A stretch of DNA of 63,025 nt, counting the filler. It is 5 parts of 5 records of this genome, joined end to end, with 100 filler letters (N's around TTAATTAATTAA, not from the genome) between each part and the next. Parts side by side here need not be neighbours in the genome. Positions count along the whole stretch, not along the records: positions 31,624 to 59,801 come from SRR20825010_1544; positions 59,902 to 63,025 come from SRR20825010_1594; 3 more parts are not named here. One strand, 5' to 3'. Below the pieces are notes generated by a model. The model saw only the letters and a program-made list of their open reading frames with translations, searched no databases and was not told the origin of the DNA. A program made the position numbers and the translations under genes. Every line of letters begins with the position of its first letter. Positions within the stretch are counted from its first letter, which is position 1. This document shows positions 56,589-63,025 of the stretch, in pieces.

Positions 56589-57786
56589 GGATTCTGGAGA
56601 TGATTTCTTTCCAAATATCGGAAGCCACCTCGGGCTTCGTCTTCAAGTCAAACGTTTTTATCTCCGAATTCTTATCTATGAAAGTAATTTTATTTGTGCT
56701 TCCGCCAAACCCAGCGCCGTCATCTTTAAGAGAATTAAGAACAATGCCGTCCAAGTGTTTTCGTTTGAGCTTGCCTTTGGCGTTCTCCAGTTCATTTTGG
56801 GTCTCCAAGGCAAATCCCACCAAGAACTGACTCTTTTTGGCCTCGCCAAGTGACATTAAAATATCAGGGGTTCGTTCCAATTCGATTTCCATATCCCCCT
56901 CTTGCTTCTTCACTTTTTCAGAAGCTATTATTTTAGGACGATAATCTGCTACCGCAGCAGCACATATTGCGATATCGGTATCCGGGTAATGTTCATGGCA
57001 GGCTTCGTACATTTCCTGTGCGGACGTCACTCGAATGAGTTGAATATTATAATGTTCGATGTTCAAATGTGTAGGGCCTGAGACCAAAATTACATTTGCA
57101 CCAAGGTTTGCAGCCTTTTTGGCCAGCTCAAACCCCATGGTACCCGTGGAACGGTTTCCCAAAAAACGAACGGGGTCGATGGCCTCTTGTGTGGGCCCTG
57201 CGGTAATGAGCACTTTTTTTTCTGATAATGGCAGTCCTTTGGCCAAATCTTCTTGCATGAAGGCTACGATGTTCTCAGGCTCTGCCATACGTCCCTCGCC
57301 ATGCAATCCGCTTGCCAGCTCTCCCGATTCAGCAGGAATTAGGGTATTGCCAAAAGACTCCAACTTATCCAAAGAATTTTTGGTGGATGGGTGCTTGTAC
57401 ATATCCAAATCCATGGCGGGTGCAAAATAAACTGGGCACTTTGCCGATAAATAGGTGGCCAAAAGCAGATTGTCGCAGGTTCCATTGGCCATCTTTGACA
57501 AGGTATTCGCAGTGGCTGGCGCAATCAGCATTACATCGGCCCAAAGTCCGAGCTCAACATGGTTGTTCCAAGACAGGCTTCCATCTTCCTCGTTGATAAA
57601 ATCCATCAACACTGGATTTTTGGAAAGTGTGGAAAGTGTAAGTGGAGAAACAAAAGAGCTGGCGCTCTGGGTCATCACAACTTTGACCTGGGCGCCAGCT
57701 TTAATCAGTAAACGAACAAGAAATGTAGTCTTGTAGGCGGCAATTCCCCCGGAAACTCCCAAAAGAATATTTTTACCGCTGAGCAT
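56581..57786 (-). CDS. coaBC: Bifunctional PPC decarboxylase / PPC synthetase
   Basis: GGIAAYK, APATANT, APAM, ITAGPTQEAIDPVRF, AAVADY, GFALET. Confidence 0.97.
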   Translation of the reverse strand: MLSGKNILLGVSGGIAAYKTTFLVRLLIKAGAQVKVVMTQSASSFVSPLTLSTLSKNPVLMDFINEEDGSLSWNNHVELGLWADVMLIAPATANTLSKMANGTCDNLLLATYLSAKCPVYFAPAMDLDMYKHPSTKNSLDKLESFGNTLIPAESGELASGLHGEGRMAEPENIVAFMQEDLAKGLPLSEKKVLITAGPTQEAIDPVRFLGNRSTGTMGFELAKKAANLGANVILVSGPTHLNIEHYNIQLIRVTSAQEMYEACHEHYPDTDIAICAAAVADYRPKIIASEKVKKQEGDMEIELERTPDILMSLGEAKKSQFLVGFALETQNELENAKGKLKRKHLDGIVLNSLKDDGAGFGGSTNKITFIDKNSEIKTFDLKTKPEVASDIWKEIISRIHA

Positions 57787-57789
57787 TTC

Positions 57790-58116
57790 TTATGCGTCTT
57801 TCTCTGTATTCCTGTAGTAGATTTTATCTTCCAACCACTCTTGTACCGCCAAAGCATGTGGTTTTGGCAATTTTTCGTAGAATTTGGAAACCTCTATCTG
57901 TTCTTTGTTTTCAAAAACTTCCTCCAAACTATCGCTATAGGTAGCAAATTCTTCTAGCTTTTCCAACAATTCCTTTTTGATCTCAGAATTGATTTGGATA
58001 GCTCTTTTGGAAGCTATGGAGATAGCTTCGTAAATATTTTCGGTTTTTTCGTCAAACTCGTTTCTATTAAGAGTTTTTGTGGAAACCGGGGCCTTGGTGT
58101 TTTTCAAATCTTGCAT
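57790..58116 (-). CDS. rpoZ: RNA polymerase omega subunit (Bacteroidota type)
   Basis: NIYEAI..SKRA.QIN, EVFENKEQIEVSKFYEKLPKP; start MQDLK at 58116. Confidence 0.88.
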   Translation of the reverse strand: MQDLKNTKAPVSTKTLNRNEFDEKTENIYEAISIASKRAIQINSEIKKELLEKLEEFATYSDSLEEVFENKEQIEVSKFYEKLPKPHALAVQEWLEDKIYYRNTEKDA

Positions 58117-58141
58117 GTGCAATGGTTTAAAAGCTAATTTT

Positions 58142-58978
58142 TTATTTTGATAAAGAAGCAGTGTCGTATGCACTCAACTCCTCACGGATTGTTTCGGCAT
58201 AGTCGTCAGCCTTTTTCTTGAATTCCGTTTCGGGGAAATAACGCATCAACGTATTGTACGATTCAAGGGCATCTTCCAATCGCTCTTGTTTTTTGTCCAA
58301 TGTACTGTTCAGGGCTAATCTCGTGGCCGATTCTATTCTATAAAACATGGCTTCTTCACGATAGATCGAACCTGGATTGTCTGTAATGAAATTATCAAAA
58401 GCAGTGATTGCAGAAATCAAAACCGGCAAATTGAATTCTCCCAACTTGTTGAATTGCTTTGCTATCTCTATTTCCTTCTTCTCCTTTTTGGCGGTCAACT
58501 CCCTGGCCATTGTATTGGCTTCCTCAAAAAACTCAGACTCAGAATAATTATTGATAAAGGTCTGTAATTTCAAAAGCGCCTTGTCTGTTTCTGTTTGATC
58601 TAAAGAGTACCTCGGGGAAAGCATATAATAACTTTTTGCTCCCAAAAAACTGGCTTCTTGAATCTTGTCGCTACGTGGGTAGGACTTGATAAATCGCTCA
58701 AACTGATAACCGGCCAAGTAATATTCCTCATTTTTGAAGTAGCTATCGGCAAAGAAGAACATCACGCGTTCCCCCTGTGGCTTTCCAACATATTGGGGCG
58801 CAATCTGCTCGAACAAACGAACCGCTCTTTTATAATCGCCTTCCTCATACAGCTTTTCGGCCATATCATATTTGGCCTTCACATCGGTTTCCTTAAGTAC
58901 CTTTTGATACTCACTACAGGATACGAGAAGTACTGCTGCACAACAAAAAAGGAGTATTGACCTCATTTTCAAAAACAT
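58142..58978 (-). CDS. bamD: Outer-membrane protein assembly factor BamD
   Basis: Lipobox LVSC, TPR helices, SPRYSLDQTET; dapA-bamD-rpoZ-coaBC synteny. Confidence 0.9.
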   Translation of the reverse strand: MFLKMRSILLFCCAAVLLVSCSEYQKVLKETDVKAKYDMAEKLYEEGDYKRAVRLFEQIAPQYVGKPQGERVMFFFADSYFKNEEYYLAGYQFERFIKSYPRSDKIQEASFLGAKSYYMLSPRYSLDQTETDKALLKLQTFINNYSESEFFEEANTMARELTAKKEKKEIEIAKQFNKLGEFNLPVLISAITAFDNFITDNPGSIYREEAMFYRIESATRLALNSTLDKKQERLEDALESYNTLMRYFPETEFKKKADDYAETIREELSAYDTASLSK

Positions 58979-59085
58979 TTTGCAAAATTAGTGATATTGA
59001 ATGGATATAAAAAAGATTTTTTACCACTCAAATGTAAAAGGTAGCATGGGCAATCCCCAATCATTTGGGCAACATTTAACGAATT

Positions 59086-59801
59086 TTAAACATGGGCCTT
59101 GTCCAACTGACCCAAAGAGGCTACGATTTTATCCTTTAAAACCGATGTCGCTTCCACTAATGGCAATCGCACGGTAGCACGTGTAATCCCTTTTTTTTCA
59201 AAAATACTTTTTATACCAGCCGGGTTCCCTTCTTCAAAAATTTGGGACATTAAGGGGGATAATTTGTGGTGGATAGCGTATGCTTCCTTTACGTTGCCTT
59301 CCAAACCAAGTTTTATCATATCGGAAAAAAGAGATGGTAATCCTTGGCCCAAAACCGAGATAACCCCTGCCCCACCTGACAACACCGTGGCCAAAGCCGT
59401 TGAATCGTCACCAGAGATGACCAAAAAACCTTCCGGTTTATCTTTAATGATTTTATCAATTTGAACGGCATCGCCGCAAGCTTCTTTGATTGCAACAATA
59501 TTGGTAAAGTCGTGCGCCAACCTCAACGTGGTCGCCGCCAACATATTGCTGCCCGTTCTTGAAGGCACATTGTAAAGTACGATTGGAATGGGCGACGCTT
59601 CTGAAATAAGTTTAAAATGTTGGTATATGCCCTCCTGTGTTGGCTTATTATAATAAGGAGATACGGAAAGTATCGCATCGAAATCCGATAAATCCAATGT
59701 TTTTAGCTCATGTACCACCGCCATGGTATTGTTGCCCCCCACACCAAGGACCAACGGGAGTCTCCCTGCATTGGCACGCACCACTACATCTACCACCAAC
59801 T
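59086..59801 (-). CDS. dapA: 4-hydroxy-tetrahydrodipicolinate synthase, 5' truncated
   Basis: [34 protein letters not shown]. Confidence 0.95.
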
Positions 59802-59901
59802 NNNNNNNNNNNNNNNNNNNNNNNNNNNNNNNNNNNNNNNNNNNNTTAATTAATTAANNNNNNNNNNNNNNNNNNNNNNNNNNNNNNNNNNNNNNNNNNN
59901 N
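59802..59901. other. Artificial contig linker
   Basis: N44-TTAATTAATTAA-N44; abrupt switch to GC-rich sequence afterwards. Confidence 0.98.
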
Positions 59902-60456
59902 GTGTTTGCTGCCCTTGGCGCCGGATGGTTCTACGCCGGCCTCAGCTCGGCCGATGTGCTCCTCAGCCTGCGCCGGACCGCCATGCTCTCGGGCTCGATC
60001 TTCGTCATCATCTGTGCCGCTTCAGCCTTGGGTCATCTCGGCGCGCTCGAACGCATCCCGGACATGATTTCACAGACCGTGATCGAGTGGGGGCTGGGTC
60101 CGACGGACTACATGCTGGCGATGAACGTGATCTTCCTGCTGGCCGGAATGGTGCTCGACATCCCGGTGGCGTTGGCGCTTCTGGTGCCGCTGCTCGCCCC
60201 TGTCGCCCTCGAACAGGGAGCCGATCCGGTGCATCTCGGCATCGTTCTGTGCTTCAACCTGTGCATCGGGCTGGTGTCCCCGCCGATGGGAGGCTGCCTG
60301 CTCGTGGTTTCCACCGTCACCGGCGTGAACTACTGGAAGCTGGCCCGCGCCGTCATCCCCTTCGTTCTGGTCCAGATCGCGGTGCTGGCGCTGCTGATCC
60401 GGATACCCGCCCTCAGTCTGGCCTTGCCCCATGCCTTTGGCCTGGGCGGGGGCTGA
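59902..60456 (+). CDS. dctM: TRAP transporter large permease DctM, 3' part
   Basis: GADPVHLGIVL..NL.IGLVSPPMG, PFVL, PALSL.LP. Confidence 0.9.
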   Translation: MFAALGAGWFYAGLSSADVLLSLRRTAMLSGSIFVIICAASALGHLGALERIPDMISQTVIEWGLGPTDYMLAMNVIFLLAGMVLDIPVALALLVPLLAPVALEQGADPVHLGIVLCFNLCIGLVSPPMGGCLLVVSTVTGVNYWKLARAVIPFVLVQIAVLALLIRIPALSLALPHAFGLGGG

Positions 60457-60502
60457 GACAGCATGAAGCGTAGAAAGAAATTGATAAAGGAGAGGAACTG
60501 AC

Positions 60503-61480
60503 ATGACTTACACGAAAATCCTGGGCGGCGCCCTGTTCGCTGCAGCCCTCACACTGGCCGGCGCGGCCAACGCCCAGATCAAGATCGCGCTCGACAGCCC
60601 GCCCGATCTGGAAGGCTCCGGCAGCTATGTCTGGGCCCACACCTTCAGCACCTATCTCAACGAGAACGGCATGCCGGCCGAGGAATTCGCCCGCGGCAGC
60701 ATCGGCGGCGACGACGAACTGTTCGACCAGGTCAGCCAGGGCCTGCTGGAAGTCTCTTTGTCCCCGCTCAACATTGTCGGCTCGCTTGACAAGCTGATCT
60801 ACGGTTTGCGTCTGCCCTATTTCTTCGCCGATGAAACCGAAGTGGATCGCGCGCTGAACGAAGGCGGCATGCTCGCCAAGATCAACGACGCGACGACCAA
60901 GGGCGGCGTCCGCGTGATTGCGGTCAATCACGTCGGCCAGGCGACCGGCATCTTCAACACCAAGAAGCCGGTGAAATCCGTGACCGACATGGCCGGGCTC
61001 CGGATGCGCGCGCTCGACGAGAGCCAGATCGAGCTCTACAAGGCCTGGGGTGCTTCGGGTACTATCGTCAGCTGGGCTGAAGTCCCCAATGCGCTGCAGA
61101 CCGGGGTGGCCGACGGCTACATGAACCCGGCCTTTGTACCGCTCTTGTTCGGCCACACCGACTTCCTCAAGTTCTACACCGACGCCGCCGTCTCGCCATC
61201 GCTGCGTATCACCATCGTGTCGGAAGACTGGTACCAGGGACTGAGCGAGGCAGACCGCGCGAAAGTCGACGCCGCCGCGGCCGCGGCAACCGCGGCAAAC
61301 CGCGAATGGCTCAAGACCCAGGATGCCGTTCTGGGCAAGCTGGAAGCTGCCGGCGTCGCCGTCGAGCGGCTCGATCAGGCCGCACGCGACGCGTTCCGCG
61401 AAGCATCCGGCCCTGCCTACAACTCCGACCTCCTGACCCAGGAACAGATCGCGGAATGGGAAGCCGCAAAGAGCAAGTAG
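60503..61480 (+). CDS. dctP: TRAP transporter substrate-binding protein DctP
   Basis: SD-like AAAGGAGAGG, signal peptide, LPYFF, DMAGLRMR, WAEVPNALQTGVADG. Confidence 0.92.
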   Translation: MTYTKILGGALFAAALTLAGAANAQIKIALDSPPDLEGSGSYVWAHTFSTYLNENGMPAEEFARGSIGGDDELFDQVSQGLLEVSLSPLNIVGSLDKLIYGLRLPYFFADETEVDRALNEGGMLAKINDATTKGGVRVIAVNHVGQATGIFNTKKPVKSVTDMAGLRMRALDESQIELYKAWGASGTIVSWAEVPNALQTGVADGYMNPAFVPLLFGHTDFLKFYTDAAVSPSLRITIVSEDWYQGLSEADRAKVDAAAAAATAANREWLKTQDAVLGKLEAAGVAVERLDQAARDAFREASGPAYNSDLLTQEQIAEWEAAKSK

Positions 61481-61483
61481 CAG

Positions 61484-62023
61484 ATGCGAAGCTTCGCACA
61501 GCAGCTCAGCCGGCTGTCGGCCGGCCTCAACAGTATCGCCCTCTGGGGGGCGGTACTGGCCCTCCTGATGATGGTCTTTGCCGCCAGCTGGCAGGTCATC
61601 GCGCGCTATGTCTTCGAAGCGCCGCCGATCTGGACGGAGGAACTGGCGCGCCGGGCCATGGTCTGGACCGGCATGCTGGGCGCATCCTGCGCTTTCTACG
61701 CCGGCACCGACCCGACTCTGTTTCCCGCTATGCGTCTTCGCCGTGGCGGCGCGGGGATGGCATTGGCCGTCATCCGTGCCTGCGGCGTGCTCGCCTTTGC
61801 AGTTCCTATTCTCTGGTACTCGGTCTTCGATGCACGGATGAATGTGGATCGTGGATTTCTCGGCCGGTCCCTGCAACGTCAGGCCGAGATGCTGGATGTG
61901 TCGATGATCTGGTTTACCGCCGCCGTGCCGGTCGCCTTTTTGTTGATCCTTGTCCATTTGAGCGCCCGGCTGGCGCTCCGGTTTTCCGGGCAGATGCCCG
62001 ATATTACCACCCAAAACTCATAA
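61484..62023 (+). CDS. dctQ: TRAP transporter small permease DctQ
   Basis: QVIARYVF..PPIWTEELAR..MVW; 4 TM segments. Confidence 0.9.
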   Translation: MRSFAQQLSRLSAGLNSIALWGAVLALLMMVFAASWQVIARYVFEAPPIWTEELARRAMVWTGMLGASCAFYAGTDPTLFPAMRLRRGGAGMALAVIRACGVLAFAVPILWYSVFDARMNVDRGFLGRSLQRQAEMLDVSMIWFTAAVPVAFLLILVHLSARLALRFSGQMPDITTQNS

Positions 62024-62032
62024 GGTACCATC

Positions 62033-63025
62033 ATGAAGTTGTTCATTGCCGGGCTGACCACCGAAACCAATTCATTTTCGCCGATGCCCACCGGGCGGGC
62101 CAGTTTCGAAGAAGGCGGCATCTTTCACGGCGACGCCACGCGGCACCCACTTCAATACTGGAGCGCCGCGCTGCACATCTGGCGCGAAATGGCCGAAGCA
62201 AAGGGCTGGGAGGTGGTCGAATCCCTCTGTGCGGCCGCCCAGCCTGGCGGTCCCACCGTCAAGCCGGAATTCGAAGCCTTTCGCGACGAGATCCTGCGTG
62301 ATCTCCGCGCCGCCGGTCCGGTGGATGTCATCCTGTTCGGACTGCATGGCGCCATGATCGCCGACGGTTATGACGATTGCGAAGGCGAACTGATCGCCGG
62401 TGCCCGCGCAATCGCCCCCGATGCGGTGATCGGCGGCCTGCTGGACCCGCATTGCCACCTCACCGAGCAGATGCTCGAGGCAGCCACGCTGCTCATTGCC
62501 TTCAAGGAATATCCGCATGTCGACGTGCCCGAACGCGCCCGTGAGATGTTTGCGCTGGCCGACCGCACGGCAAGGGGCGAAATCAAGCCGGTGATGCGCG
62601 ACTGGGACTGCCGGATGATCATCGCCATGCCGACCCCGCAGCAACCGATGCGCGGCTTTGTCGACGCCATGTCCGCGCGCGAGAAAGAAACCGGCATCCT
62701 GTCGCTGTCGCTGGCGCATGGTTTCCCCTGGGGCGACCACCCCCGCACCGGCACGCGCGCCCTTGCCATCTGCGACGGCAACGCCGACCAGGCCGCGACC
62801 GAGGCGGAACGGCTGGGCAAGGCGCTCTACGATCTGCGCTTTGACCTGCATCGCGATATCCCGGGGATCGACGCAGCTCTGGACCTGGCCGAAGCCGCGC
62901 CGAAAGGCCCAGTGGTGCTCGCCGACATGTCAGACAATGCCGGTGGCGGCGCGCCCGCTGACGCAACATTCCTGCTGCGCGCCATGATCGAACGCGGCAT
63001 GCGCAGCATCGCCACCGGTATCTTC
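62033..63025 (+). CDS. M81 family metallopeptidase (MlrC-like), 3' truncated; absent from ORF track
   Basis: Translated by hand: MKLFIAGLTTETNSFSP..., LHGAM, DDCEG, LDPHCHLT, KEYPHVD, GFPWGD, DMSDNAGGG; open to window end. Confidence 0.92.
   Translation, partial: MKLFIAGLTTETNSFSPMPTGRASFEEGGIFHGDATRHPLQYWSAALHIWREMAEAKGWEVVESLCAAAQPGGPTVKPEFEAFRDEILRDLRAAGPVDVILFGLHGAMIADGYDDCEGELIAGARAIAPDAVIGGLLDPHCHLTEQMLEAATLLIAFKEYPHVDVPERAREMFALADRTARGEIKPVMRDWDCRMIIAMPTPQQPMRGFVDAMSAREKETGILSLSLAHGFPWGDHPRTGTRALAICDGNADQAATEAERLGKALYDLRFDLHRDIPGIDAALDLAEAAPKGPVVLADMSDNAGGGAPADATFLLRAMIERGMRSIATGIF

Noticed and set aside
60413-62014. 533-aa minus-strand ORF and other long overlapping ORFs in contig 5
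   Set aside because: Antisense or alternate-frame shadows of dctP/dctQ/M81 in GC-rich DNA; no recognisable motifs.

Overview
This window is not one locus. It is five contigs joined by identical artificial 100-nt linkers (N44-TTAATTAATTAA-N44 at 12040-12139, 20791-20890, 31524-31623, 59802-59901), so it looks like a metagenomic or multi-genome concatenation. Contig 1 (1-12039; AT-rich, Flavobacteriaceae-like) carries SRPBCC, endonuclease I, GyrI-like, GDSL hydrolase, purL and a beta-oxidation cluster (fadD, MarR, 3-hydroxyacyl-CoA dehydrogenase/enoyl-CoA hydratase, four-helix-bundle gene, thiolase start). Contig 2 (12140-20790; Flavobacteriaceae-like) has rdgB, an Omp85-type barrel, rlmH, nadC, yihY, DUF2147, priA, a LytTR regulator, rpsF and the rpsR start. 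Contig 3 (20891-31523; another Bacteroidota) has T9SS cargo proteins, a MarR-RND-TolC efflux operon and hypothetical genes. Contig 4 (31624-59801; Flavobacteriaceae core genome) runs from clpB to dapA. Contig 5 (59902-63025; GC-rich, probably Alphaproteobacteria) has a TRAP transporter and an M81/MlrC peptidase missing from the ORF track. I saw no rRNA, tRNA, CRISPR array or transposase. The most interesting signal is a four-helix-bundle (23S rRNA-IVP/Avd-like) gene inserted in the fad operon between two inverted arrays of 7-bp tandem repeats, with apparently empty heptamer hairpins elsewhere. Other leads: several REP-like palindrome families, a 28-bp operator-like palindrome at the fad MarR promoter, a possible leader/arrest peptide ending FPSHYFW, a PorP-SPOR fusion, and a DnaQ fusion whose GIY-YIG domain looks catalytically dead. 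Product calls come from motif recognition by eye; no database search was run.
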